From Terriglobia bacterium (GTDB lineage: Bacteria; Acidobacteriota; Polarisedimenticolia; Polarisedimenticolales; JAIQFR01), in the NCBI GenBank assembly GCA_963748015.1, contig CAVVHE010000006.1:32001-96000 (forward strand): a DNA stretch of 64,000 nt. Direction: 5' to 3'. The first letter of the stretch is position 1; every line of letters begins with the position of its first letter. This document shows, piece after piece, positions 25,034-34,559 of this stretch. The notes beneath the pieces were generated by a model that worked only from the letters and a program-made list of their open reading frames with translations, was not told the origin of the DNA and did no database searches. The position numbers and the translations under genes are program-made.

Positions 25034-25183
25034 ACGCGAACTCCTCGTCCAGTGAAGCGCGACCCGTGATTCTAAGGTGAAAGGGGCGAGTCGGCCACGC
25101 GCCGAGTTCGGACGCCACGCGCGACCGGCACCGAGCACACGCCGGATACGCGGAGCCTGCGAAGTCTCCCCGCCGCTCCCGCG

Positions 25184-25336
25184 CTACTGGAAATCGCCGA
25201 TCAGGACGACGTCCTTGCTCGAGGTCCCGTAGACGAAGACGACGCCCTTCGAGTCGGGGGTGAAGCGGCAATCGAAGACGGCGCCGCTCCGGAACTCGGC
25301 CAGGAGCTTCCGCCCGCCCTTGCCGGGGACGCGGCG
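25184..25336 (-). pseudogene. Orphan C-terminal fragment of a TolB-like propeller protein
   Basis: GRKLLAEFRSGAVFDCRFTPDSKGVVFVYGTSSKDVVLIGDFQ* resembles the tail of kinase-propeller proteins; no upstream body because dmsC abuts it. Confidence 0.5.
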
Positions 25337-25337
25337 T

Positions 25338-26129
25338 TCAGAGCGGTCGCCGCAGCCCCTCCACGTAAAACCGGTAGCGGCCCAGCGTCTCGGCCGCGAG
25401 CGCGGCCGCGAAGGCCGCGAGCGGCAGGGCGGGGGCGCGGCTCGCGACGGCGAGCAGGCCGAGCGACAGGACGAGCCCGAGGAGGAGCAGGGCCCGCCGC
25501 GGGGCGCGGAGGACGCCGGGCTCCCGCGCGGCGAGCCGGGCACCGAAACCGACGGCGGCCACGAGGGCGATCCCGCGCAGCGGTCCGGAGATCAGCGATT
25601 CGGGAGCGCCGGGGAGGAGCGCGAGGCCGGCGCCGACCCCCAGCGCGCCGAGCAGCAAGGTGGTGACGAAGAACGACGCCGTCGTGCGCGGCGAGTCCCA
25701 CGCCGGAACCGTCCTTACGCGGTAGACCCGAGCCATCGCGTAGACGAGCGCGATGCCCGACAGCGCGGTTGCGGCCGCGAGGAGGGTTCGCGGGCTCCCC
25801 GCGCCGCGCCCCGTTGCGCGCAGCGCGGCGAAGGCGGCGCCGAGCGCGGCGAACAGGATCGCGAGCAGCACCTCGCGGCTCAGCCAGGAGCCGCGGACGT
25901 TGGCGATCGCACGCCAGGCCAGGGCGGGTGAGCCGAGGTGGAGGAGCGAGGCGGCCAGCGCCACGGCGATCACGGGGCCGATCGCGAGGAGGATTCCGTT
26001 CGTGAGCGCCCGGGCGGCGGGGTCTCGCGCGAGCGCTTCGGCCCACGCGTCGAGCGCGACGAGGGTGAGAAAAGCGCCGACGGCCAGCTGGGCGAGGAGG
26101 GTGAAGGCGACCAGCGAGCGCTCCTTCAC
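25338..26129 (-). CDS. dmsC: DMSO reductase family membrane anchor subunit
   Basis: ERSLVAFTLLAQLAVG, ASLLHLGSP, SWLSREV, MARVYRVRTVPAW, ETLGRYRFY. Confidence 0.88.
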   Translation of the reverse strand: MKERSLVAFTLLAQLAVGAFLTLVALDAWAEALARDPAARALTNGILLAIGPVIAVALAASLLHLGSPALAWRAIANVRGSWLSREVLLAILFAALGAAFAALRATGRGAGSPRTLLAAATALSGIALVYAMARVYRVRTVPAWDSPRTTASFFVTTLLLGALGVGAGLALLPGAPESLISGPLRGIALVAAVGFGARLAAREPGVLRAPRRALLLLGLVLSLGLLAVASRAPALPLAAFAAALAAETLGRYRFYVEGLRRPL

Positions 26130-26743
26130 TTGCGAACCTCCTCCCGGTTCGCCACGTCGGCCGTGCGATCGGTCGCGCGGGCGGCGTCGCGGTGCGGCAC
26201 GACCGCGAGCCCCGGCTCGGTGAGCGCGGGGTCGGGGAGCGGGAAGGTGCCGGCGCCGGGCGCGGGCTCGTCTCCGTCCGGCTGCACGAGGTCGAGAACG
26301 CGCATCGGGCAGGCCGCCACGCAGGCCGGCGGCCGGCCCGCAGCGAGCTCGTCGCCGCACAGGTCGCACTTCGTCATCTTCCCGGCGCTCTCGTCGTACT
26401 GCGGCGCGCCGTAGGGGCAAGCCCACGCGCAGTAGCGGCAGCCAACGCAGCGCTCGCGGTCCACGAGCACGACGCCGTCCGCGCGGCGGGCCATGGCTCC
26501 CGTCGGGCAAACCTCCGCGCAGACCGGCTCCGCGCAGTGGTTGCAGGCGAGGGAGAGGTTGAAGGCGAACGCGTCGGTGCGCCACGCCTCGCCGTCGCGG
26601 CGCCACGATCCTCCGGCGACCTCGTACACGCGGCGCCACAGCACGCCCACCGGCAGCGCGCTCCGGTCCTTGCACGCGGCCTGGCACGCCTTGCACCCCG
26701 AGCAGGCGGTCTGGTCGAAGCGGAAGGCGTAGCGCGTGGTCAC
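26126..26743 (-). CDS. dmsB: DMSO reductase family 4Fe-4S subunit
   Basis: CSGCKACQAAC, CNHCAEPVCAEVCP, CVGCRYCAWACPYGAP, KCDLC...PACVAACP. Confidence 0.93.
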   Translation of the reverse strand: MTTRYAFRFDQTACSGCKACQAACKDRSALPVGVLWRRVYEVAGGSWRRDGEAWRTDAFAFNLSLACNHCAEPVCAEVCPTGAMARRADGVVLVDRERCVGCRYCAWACPYGAPQYDESAGKMTKCDLCGDELAAGRPPACVAACPMRVLDLVQPDGDEPAPGAGTFPLPDPALTEPGLAVVPHRDAARATDRTADVANREEVRK

Positions 26744-26744
26744 G

Positions 26745-29024
26745 TCAGGCCTTCTCCGCCTGGACCATCGCGGTGTGCTGGGCGGAACCGAAGGCGAGCG
26801 GCGTCCACCGCTCCGACGTGAGGACGTTGACGTTGCCGCCGCGGTCCACGCCGTCGGCGTCCGGCGCCCACCACGCCCCCTGGGGGATGTCCACGACCCC
26901 GGGCAGGATCCGCGGCGTGAGGCGGCAGCGCAGGCGGATCGCGCCGCGGTCGTTCCAGATCCGCACCTCGTCGCCGTCCGAGATCCCGCGGGCCGCCGCG
27001 TCGAGCGGGTTGAGGTGCGCGCGCTGCGGGAACGCCTCGGCGAGCCACTCGTTGTTGTCGTGGGTCGAGTGCACGCGGTGCAGGGTGTGGTGGCCGATCG
27101 CCTGCAGGGGGAAGCGCTCCGCCTCCGGCCCGAAGGGGCTCTCCCACTCCTGAACGTACTTCGGCACCGCCGGGATCTCGCCGGGCCTGCCGAGGTCGCG
27201 CAGCGCCTTCGAGAAGATCTCGATCCGCCCCGACGGGGTGCTCAGCGGGTGCCGCTCCGGGTCGCGGCGGAAGTCCTCGAACGCCACCGCCGGCCGCTCC
27301 ACCGGCCGCGCGTAAACGCCTGCGTTCGACGCCTCGAACTCGTCGAGCCGCGGCAGGCCCGGGAGGCGCTGCCGGTACCGGTCGAGGCACCACTCCACCC
27401 AGCCCCGCTCGTCGCGCCCCTCGGTGTAGGCCTCGCCGATGCCGAGCCGCCCGGCGAGGTCGGCGCAGATGCGGTAGTCGCTTCTCGCCTCCCCGGGCGG
27501 CTCGACGAGCTTCGGCATCAGCAGCACCTCCTCGCCGTACTTCCACCCGTCCTCGACCCCCCACGTCTCGAACTGCGTGCACGCCGGCAGCACCAGGTCC
27601 GCGAAGAGCGCGGTGGACGTGAGGAACTGGTCCTGCACCACCAGGAACTCGACCTTGGATTCGTCGCGAAGGATCTCCGCGGAGCGGTTGACGTTGGCGT
27701 GCTGATTCACGAGGCAGTTGGTCGCGACCGCATAGATCAGTTTGACGTCGGTGTCGAGGCGCTCGGCGCCGATCACGCCGTGCTCGCGGCCCATCCCTTT
27801 CCCGTGGAGGACCGCCTCCGGCCAGAGGAAGACGGGGATCGCGGCCTTCACGGGGTTCTCGCCCGCGGGGAAGACGTTCCAGAGACACCCGCCGTCGGGC
27901 TGGTTGGCGAGGCCGCTCGCCCAGCCGCCCGGGATCCCCACGTTGCCGGTGATCGCCGCCAGCACGCAGCCGGCGCGCACCACCTGCTCGCCGTAGGCGC
28001 GGCGCTGCATCCCGTATCCCTGGTAGAGCACGGCGGGCTTCGTCGTCGCGTACTCGCGGGCGATCCTCGCGATCGTCTCCCGCGGCACCGCCGTGATCCG
28101 CTCCGCCCACTCCGGTGTCTTGGGCACGCCGTCTCGCGCACCGAGCACGTAGTCGCGGTAGCTCTCGTCCCCCTCGCAGCCGGGGGGCATCTGCGAGGCG
28201 TCGAAGCCGACGCAGTGGGTGCGGACGAACGCGGCGTCGTGGAGCCCCTCCGCGATCATCACGTGCGCCATTGCGGTCATCATCGCCGCGTCGGTCCCGG
28301 GGCGGATCGGGACCCACTCGTCGGCGAGGCTGACCGCGGTGAGGCTCATTCGCGGATCGATGCAGACGGTGCGGGCCCCGCGCTCGCGCGCGAGCTTCAG
28401 GAACCACTCGCTGTTGGTGCCGTCCCGCATCTCCGCGGGGTTCCAGCCCCACATCAGGACGTACTTCGCGTTGAGCCAGTCCTGGCGCTGGTTCCCCGTC
28501 TGGAGCGTACCGTAGACGGTGGGAGTCGCGACGTTGATGGCGGCCCAGCTGTAGCTGTTCCAGATGCCGAGGCAGCCGCCGGACAGGTTCATCAGGCGAC
28601 GCGCCGGCTGGGCGCCCCCCAGCTGGTTGTAGCTGCCGGTGCCGTAGGGGACGAACAGGGCGCCGTCGCCGTGGGTCTCTCGCACTCGCCGCATCTCGCC
28701 GGCCACGAGGTCGAGCGCCTCGTCCCAAGAGACGCGTGCCCACCGCCCGGCGCCGCGGGGGCCGGTCCGCTTCAGCGGATGGATCAGCCGGTCGGGATGG
28801 TATTGGCGCTTGAGGTAGGCGCGGCCCCTCGCGCACGCGCGCAGCTGCGGGTCGGCGGGGGAGTCGCCGGGGCGGTCGTCCGTGTCGAGGCGCACGATGC
28901 GCCCGTCCCGGACGTGCGCGACCAGGAGGCACCGCCCGCCGCAGTTGTGCGCGGGACAGCCCACCCGCACGATGCGCTCGCCGGGCGATGCGGAAACCGG
29001 GCGGGGCGAAGGGCTCGCGGTCAC
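26745..29024 (-). CDS. dmsA: DmsA-like Mo-bisPGD oxidoreductase catalytic subunit, no Tat leader
   Basis: CPAHNCGGRC...ACARG Fe-S motif; NSYS (Ser ligand region); WGWNPAE, PIRPGTDAA, TPSGRIEI, RVHSTH. Confidence 0.88.
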   Translation of the reverse strand: MTASPSPRPVSASPGERIVRVGCPAHNCGGRCLLVAHVRDGRIVRLDTDDRPGDSPADPQLRACARGRAYLKRQYHPDRLIHPLKRTGPRGAGRWARVSWDEALDLVAGEMRRVRETHGDGALFVPYGTGSYNQLGGAQPARRLMNLSGGCLGIWNSYSWAAINVATPTVYGTLQTGNQRQDWLNAKYVLMWGWNPAEMRDGTNSEWFLKLARERGARTVCIDPRMSLTAVSLADEWVPIRPGTDAAMMTAMAHVMIAEGLHDAAFVRTHCVGFDASQMPPGCEGDESYRDYVLGARDGVPKTPEWAERITAVPRETIARIAREYATTKPAVLYQGYGMQRRAYGEQVVRAGCVLAAITGNVGIPGGWASGLANQPDGGCLWNVFPAGENPVKAAIPVFLWPEAVLHGKGMGREHGVIGAERLDTDVKLIYAVATNCLVNQHANVNRSAEILRDESKVEFLVVQDQFLTSTALFADLVLPACTQFETWGVEDGWKYGEEVLLMPKLVEPPGEARSDYRICADLAGRLGIGEAYTEGRDERGWVEWCLDRYRQRLPGLPRLDEFEASNAGVYARPVERPAVAFEDFRRDPERHPLSTPSGRIEIFSKALRDLGRPGEIPAVPKYVQEWESPFGPEAERFPLQAIGHHTLHRVHSTHDNNEWLAEAFPQRAHLNPLDAAARGISDGDEVRIWNDRGAIRLRCRLTPRILPGVVDIPQGAWWAPDADGVDRGGNVNVLTSERWTPLAFGSAQHTAMVQAEKA

Positions 29025-29128
29025 GGGGGCATCCTACCGTATCCGCAGCCCCGGGTTCCCGGCTAGGCCTTGTCCCTCGCGATCGCCGCGACCTTCGCCC
29101 TCGTCTCACGACCGCGATCGAGACGGGA

Positions 29129-29758
29129 TCAGGCCGGCCGGTCGTCGCGCGCCTCGAACACGGGCAGCGCGATGCGCCACCGGATGCCCGCGAGCCTCGC
29201 GCCGAGGGTCACCAGGAAGCCGATCAGGACGCTCGAGCGAGCCGAGGCCCCCACGGATCCCGCGAGCAGGAACGACAGGGCGCCGAGGAACGAGGCGGAC
29301 GCGTAGAGGTACGTCTCCTTGCGGAACACGAGCGGGACCTGCCCGGTGAGGAGGTCGCGCACGATCCCTCCGGCCACCCCGGTCGTCACGCCCATGAAGA
29401 CGACCGCGCCGGGCGAGGTATGGAACGCCATCGCCTTCTGCGCCCCCGCCATCGTGAAGACCGCGAGAACGAGGGCGTCCGCCAGGACGAGCACGCCGAG
29501 GCGGAAATCGAAGAACCGGGCGACGAAGAAGGTCGCGACGGCAGTGATGGCGGCGTTCCCGATGAACCCGAAGTCCCGGACCCAGAACACCGGCACGTCC
29601 CCCAGCGTGACGTCTCGGATCGTCCCGCCGCCGAACGCCGTGACGAGCGCGAGCACCACGACGCCGAAGAGGTCGATGCGTCTCCCCCGGGCGGCCAGCA
29701 CGCCCGAGATCGCGGCAATCGTGACCCCGAAGTGATCGATCACGGTCTGGAGGATCAT
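29129..29758 (-). CDS. UPF0126 / TRIC channel family membrane protein
   Basis: AISG...DLFGVVVLALVTAFGGGTIRD, and second repeat TGVAGGIVRDLL...ETYLYA. Confidence 0.9.
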   Translation of the reverse strand: MILQTVIDHFGVTIAAISGVLAARGRRIDLFGVVVLALVTAFGGGTIRDVTLGDVPVFWVRDFGFIGNAAITAVATFFVARFFDFRLGVLVLADALVLAVFTMAGAQKAMAFHTSPGAVVFMGVTTGVAGGIVRDLLTGQVPLVFRKETYLYASASFLGALSFLLAGSVGASARSSVLIGFLVTLGARLAGIRWRIALPVFEARDDRPA

Positions 29759-29771
29759 GGCGGCCTACCTC

Positions 29772-30731
29772 TCAATCGATCCGGATGACGACCTTGCCTC
29801 GCGCCGCGCGCGTGCCCAGGTAACGAAGGGCGTCGGGGACCTCGCTCAACGGATACTGCCGATCGATCACCGGGACCAGCTTCCCGGCCTCTGCCAGTTC
29901 CTTCAGCGCGACCAGGTCTTCCAATCTTGCCCTGGCCATGAACGGCGGGATGCGCCGGCTCCCGATGCGCGACATGAACTGCGCCTTGAGCATCCGCCAC
30001 GCCACCGCCCGGAGTTCGTTCGGCGCGCCGGCGAGCACGAGGACTCCGTTCGGGGTCAGGACGCGACGGCAATCGCCGAGCGAACGGTTCGCGCCGAGAT
30101 CGAACAGGATGTCGTAGCGCTGCCCACGCGCGGCGAAGTCCTCCTTCGTGTAATCGACGACGTCGTCGGCGCCGATCGAGCGGAGGAGGCCCAGGTTCTC
30201 CGTGCGGCTCACGGCAGTGACGTGCGCGCCGAGCGCCCTGGCGATCTGGACCGCGAGCGTGCCCACGCCGCCGCCCGCTCCGTGGATCAGGACCCTCTGA
30301 CCCGGCTGGACGCGTGCGGCGTCGCGGAGACCTTGCAGGGCGGTGAATCCCGCGACCGGGATGGCGGCGGCCTGCTCGAAGGTCAGGTTGCGAGGCTTCG
30401 GCGCCAGCCGCTTCTCGAAGCTCGCCGCGTACTCGGCGAAGGTCCCGATTCCCGTGCCGAACACCTCGTCGCCGGGCGCGATCCTCGTCACGTTCTTGCC
30501 CACGGCCTCGACGCGCCCGGCCACGTCGAAGCCCCGGACGTCGCTGCGGGGCTGACGCATCAGCCTGCCGACCAGGTGCGGCAGCCTTCGAAGGAGGTGC
30601 CAGTCGGCGGCGTTGACCGAGGCCGCGCAAACCCTCACGAGCACCCCGTCGTCGCCAACGAGTGGTTTCTCGATCTCCCGTAGCTCGAGATCGTCGGGGG
30701 AGCCGTAACCGTTCTGGACGATGGCTTTCAT
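29772..30731 (-). CDS. NAD(P)-dependent MDR oxidoreductase (zinc-free, quinone-reductase-like)
   Basis: MKAIVQNGYGSPD, AASVNAADW, IHGAGGGVGTLAVQIA, PVIDRQYPL, GKVVI. Confidence 0.92.
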   Translation of the reverse strand: MKAIVQNGYGSPDDLELREIEKPLVGDDGVLVRVCAASVNAADWHLLRRLPHLVGRLMRQPRSDVRGFDVAGRVEAVGKNVTRIAPGDEVFGTGIGTFAEYAASFEKRLAPKPRNLTFEQAAAIPVAGFTALQGLRDAARVQPGQRVLIHGAGGGVGTLAVQIARALGAHVTAVSRTENLGLLRSIGADDVVDYTKEDFAARGQRYDILFDLGANRSLGDCRRVLTPNGVLVLAGAPNELRAVAWRMLKAQFMSRIGSRRIPPFMARARLEDLVALKELAEAGKLVPVIDRQYPLSEVPDALRYLGTRAARGKVVIRID

Positions 30732-30840
30732 CCTGCCGTCCCGAGGCCCGCGATCGGGGAGGCCGCGATTTCCATCCGCCCGGCGCCCGGCCGCCATACT
30801 ACGCGAAGAAGGCTGGCCTCCCGCAATCCGCGTCGAGGGG

Positions 30841-32901
30841 CTACCTGCCGGCCGCGAGCCGATCGAGCGACTCCCGGGCACGGCGCAGCATGACGGCGTC
30901 GGGGTGCTCGGGGGCCACGCGCCCCGCGAAGGTCCTGTCCGCGCGGTCGAACGCGGCCCGGGCCTCGGCGAAGTTCCTGCGAGCCAGCGCGACCTCTCCG
31001 AGGACAGCGACCGTCGCGCCGGTGTCCGGGTGGCCGGGACCGAGGGCCTTTTCGCGTCCGGCAAGCGCCCGGCGCAGCAAAGACTCCGCCTCCTCGAGCC
31101 TCCCGCGACGGAGGAGAACCAGTCCGAGGTAGTGCTCCGAGCGGAGAAGGTGCGGGTCGCTCTCGGCCCTGAACTGCCGCCGGGTCTCGAGCGCCTCCCG
31201 GTGGTTCGCCTCGGCGGGCGCGAGCTCGCCGCGCGCCAGGTAGTACGTTCCGAGGCTGTCGTGGATCGACGCCAGGAACTCCGGCTGCGGCATGGGCACG
31301 CTGTCGTAGATCCTGTGCGCCTCGCGAAGCAACGGCTCCGCTTCGTCGAACCGGCCGAGGTCGCGGAGGGCGCACCCGTGATCCTCGAGGGCGTTCGCCA
31401 GCGTCTGCGGGGGCAAGCCGGCCGGCCACTTCCGCAACAGGGTGACCACCTGGCGGAACGTGGCCTCGGCCTCGGCGAGACGGCCCGCCCGCTGATAGCA
31501 CTCTCCCAGGCACAGCGCGATGCCGTGGGCCGCCCACTTGCCGCCGACGTGCTCGCGATCGACTTCCGCGGCCCGCTCGAGGAAACGGATGCCCGCGGCG
31601 AACCCGCCGCTCTCGAAGATCGACAGCCCCGCCGACTTCAATACGTCGACTTCGGTCTCCGGGTCCCCTCGCCACTCCCGGTCGAGCTCCTCGATGGTCT
31701 GCGAAGCGGTTTCGGGATCGTCGATCCGCCGCGCGTAGCCGAGGCTGGGAATCTGCCGGTCGAGCATCTTCGAGAGGGCAGCCATCGCCGTCCGGGCGGA
31801 CTCCGCCTCTCGGCTCGCGCGATCCCGCTCCGTGCGTAGGTAGCTCGCGAGCACCGCCATGCTCACCGCGAAGCCGACGACGAGCACGAAGACGCCCACC
31901 AGCACCGCGAAGAAGCCGCGGTGGCGCCGGATCAGCTTGCGAAGCTGGTACGCGGTGCTGGGAGGGCGCGCGGAAATCGGCTGCCCGGCGAGATACCGCC
32001 GTACGTCGTCCGCGAGCCCCTGCGCGGTGGGGTAACGCCGGTCGGGCTCCTTCTCGAGCGCCTTGAGCGCGATGGTCGCCAGGTCCGCATCGACACGTCG
32101 CGAGCCCGGCCCGCTCCTCGAGATCGCCCTCGGCGTTCCCTCCAGGACACGGCGGGGCACGTCGAAGGCCGGGGCGTCCTCGAGGCCGAGCGGGTGCCGC
32201 TCCGTCAAGAGCTCGTAGAGGACGACGCCGAGCGCGTAGACGTCCGCGCGGACGTCCACCGTCTCGGGGTTCCCCGAGAGCTGCTCGGGGCTCATGTAGG
32301 CGAGCGTTCCCCGGACGGTCCCGAGCTCGGTCGCAAACGTCCCGGCCGGCAAGTCGCTGTCGGTGATCCGAGCGAGGCCGAAGTCGAGCACCTTCACGAG
32401 GGGTGCGCCCGACGCGCCCCCCGCCGCGTCCAGCAGGACGATGTTCGATGGCTTGAGGTCCCGGTGCAGGACGCCCCGCTGGTGCGCGTACGCGACGGCG
32501 TCGCAGATCTGCAGGAAGGCCTCGAGCCGGACTCGCGTCTCGCCCTCGCCCGCGAGCCCCCTTCGGCGCCGCAGCCACACGTCGAGCGGTTCGCCGCGAA
32601 CGAGCTCCATCGCGAAGTAGGGCAGCCCGTCGGGCGTCGCTCCGGATGCGTAGAGCGTCGCGACGCCGGGGTGGTCGAGCCTCGCCAGCGCCCGGATCTC
32701 CCTCCGGAACAGCGCCTGCGCGTCCGGGTCGGCGAACGAGCCGCCGTGCAGGACCTTGAGCGCCACGACGCGGCGCGGCTCGTCCTGCACCGCCTCGTAC
32801 ACGACCCCCATGGCGCCGCGGCCCAGCTCCGCGCGCACCTCGAACGGGCCGACCCGGCTCGGGCGGGCCACGTCGTGATCCGAGAGTGGTGCTTCCATCA
32901 T
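30841..32901 (-). CDS. Membrane Ser/Thr kinase with extracytoplasmic TPR repeats
   Basis: LGRGAMGVVY, VALK, HRDLKPSN, DFGLA, GTLAYMSPEQ; TM GFFAVLVGVFVLVVGFAVSMAVLA; TPR repeats (GRLEEAESLLRRALAGREKALGPGHPDT). Confidence 0.92.
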   Translation of the reverse strand: MMEAPLSDHDVARPSRVGPFEVRAELGRGAMGVVYEAVQDEPRRVVALKVLHGGSFADPDAQALFRREIRALARLDHPGVATLYASGATPDGLPYFAMELVRGEPLDVWLRRRRGLAGEGETRVRLEAFLQICDAVAYAHQRGVLHRDLKPSNIVLLDAAGGASGAPLVKVLDFGLARITDSDLPAGTFATELGTVRGTLAYMSPEQLSGNPETVDVRADVYALGVVLYELLTERHPLGLEDAPAFDVPRRVLEGTPRAISRSGPGSRRVDADLATIALKALEKEPDRRYPTAQGLADDVRRYLAGQPISARPPSTAYQLRKLIRRHRGFFAVLVGVFVLVVGFAVSMAVLASYLRTERDRASREAESARTAMAALSKMLDRQIPSLGYARRIDDPETASQTIEELDREWRGDPETEVDVLKSAGLSIFESGGFAAGIRFLERAAEVDREHVGGKWAAHGIALCLGECYQRAGRLAEAEATFRQVVTLLRKWPAGLPPQTLANALEDHGCALRDLGRFDEAEPLLREAHRIYDSVPMPQPEFLASIHDSLGTYYLARGELAPAEANHREALETRRQFRAESDPHLLRSEHYLGLVLLRRGRLEEAESLLRRALAGREKALGPGHPDTGATVAVLGEVALARRNFAEARAAFDRADRTFAGRVAPEHPDAVMLRRARESLDRLAAGR

Positions 32902-32962
32902 GCCGTCGCGTTGAAACCCTATATATACTGTCAGCCGGCTCCGCCGAGCCAGCCGCGACAGG

Positions 32963-34558
32963 GTGTTTTCCGCATTTTCCGGGCCGGAGGTGCACGCCGC
33001 CGTGGAGTCCGACAACCCCGTCCCGCTGGAGCTCGTCGAGGCCCTGAAGGCCGTTCTCGACGGGGCCTCCGATCCCGCTCGGGTGCTCCGGGCCCTTCTC
33101 GACGAGGCGGTCCGCCGCTCCGGCGCCGAGCGCGGGATCTTCGTGCAGGTGGGGGCCGGCGGCACGATGGACTACACCGTCCTGCATCGCTACTCGCCGG
33201 GCGAGGTCGCGGGGACGGCGGGGGAGTTCAGCCGGAGCCTCTTCGCCGAGGTGCTGCGCACGGGAAAGAGCATCGTGCTCGAGAACGCGCTTCGCTCTCA
33301 TGGCGGCGGCGCGGCGAGCTCCGTCCGCGCCATGCGCCTCGTGTCGGTCCTCTGCGTCCCGGTGCGGGCGGAGGGGCGCATCGCGGGGATCGTCCACCTC
33401 GAGCACGGCACGCCGGGGCGCTTCCGCGAGGCGGAGCGCCGCCTCGTCGAGTCCCTCGTCGGGGTGGGAGGTCCCCTGATCGAGACGCTCCTCGCGGGCC
33501 GCCGCACGCTCGAGGAGCGCGACCGCCTGCGCGAGGCGCGGGAGAAGGTCGAGGTCGAGGTCGCCGAGAGCCGCGGCGTCCTCGCGAGGGACTGGTCGTT
33601 CGGGAGGTTCGTCGGCCGCTCCCCGTCCGTTCGCGCGCTCGAGGAGCACGTCCGCAAGGCGGCCGCGGCTTCCTGGCCCGTACTCATCCTGGGAGAGACG
33701 GGGACGGGGAAGGGGATTGTCGCCCGCGTGCTCCACTACGCGAGTCCTCGCGCGTCGAAACCGTTCGTCACCGTGTTCTGTCCGAACCTCGAGCGCGGGC
33801 TCGTCGAGTCGGAGCTGTTCGGCCACCGGCGCGGCGCGTTCACCGGCGCCGATCACGACCGGGCGGGCAAGGTCCAGGCCGCGGAGGGCGGCACGCTCTT
33901 CCTGGACGAGGTGGGCGAGCTCCCCCTCGAGCTGCAGCCGCGTCTTCTCCGCCTACTGCAGGAGAAAACCTACGAGCGCCTCGGCGACCCCGAGGAGCGC
34001 GTCGCGGACGTGCGCGTCGTCGCGGCGACGAACCGCGATCTCCCCGAGGAGGTCGCGGCCGGGCGATTCCGGCGCGACCTCTACGAGCGCCTGAACTACC
34101 TCACCGTGACGATACCGCCGCTCCGCGAGCGGAGGAGCGACATCCCGCTCCTCCTTCGCGACGCGCTGGACCGGACCGGGTCGGGGCGGTGGATCGAGAT
34201 CGGCCGGGACGCGGAGCGGTGGATCGCCGGACTCGACCACGTCTGGCCGGGCAACGTCCGCCAGATCGAGCAACTCGCCGCCCGTCTTTCGCTCCAAGCG
34301 TTCGGCGCCCCGGCCTCGGCGGACGACCTCGCGAGGGTCCTCGACGCCGGGCCGGCGGTCGCGGAGCGCCGCGCGGCCGGCGAGGATCGAGACGACGGCC
34401 TGCCGGCGTCCCTCGAGCGCTACGAGCGCGAGTGGCTCGCCCGCGCCCTCGAGCGCCACGCGGGGTGCACCCGGCGGGAGCTGGCCGAGCGCCTCCGGAT
34501 CAGCGAGCCGACCCTCTACAAGAAGCTCAAGCAGTACGGCCTCGGCGGCCGGAACTGA
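32963..34558 (+). CDS. Sigma-54-dependent enhancer-binding protein (GAF-AAA+-Fis HTH)
   Basis: N-terminal GAF; GETGTGK, ESELFGH, GAFTGA, LFLDEVGE, AATNRDL, WPGNVRQ, C-terminal HTH; start uncertain. Confidence 0.95.
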   Translation: MFSAFSGPEVHAAVESDNPVPLELVEALKAVLDGASDPARVLRALLDEAVRRSGAERGIFVQVGAGGTMDYTVLHRYSPGEVAGTAGEFSRSLFAEVLRTGKSIVLENALRSHGGGAASSVRAMRLVSVLCVPVRAEGRIAGIVHLEHGTPGRFREAERRLVESLVGVGGPLIETLLAGRRTLEERDRLREAREKVEVEVAESRGVLARDWSFGRFVGRSPSVRALEEHVRKAAAASWPVLILGETGTGKGIVARVLHYASPRASKPFVTVFCPNLERGLVESELFGHRRGAFTGADHDRAGKVQAAEGGTLFLDEVGELPLELQPRLLRLLQEKTYERLGDPEERVADVRVVAATNRDLPEEVAAGRFRRDLYERLNYLTVTIPPLRERRSDIPLLLRDALDRTGSGRWIEIGRDAERWIAGLDHVWPGNVRQIEQLAARLSLQAFGAPASADDLARVLDAGPAVAERRAAGEDRDDGLPASLERYEREWLARALERHAGCTRRELAERLRISEPTLYKKLKQYGLGGRN

Positions 34559-34559
34559 A

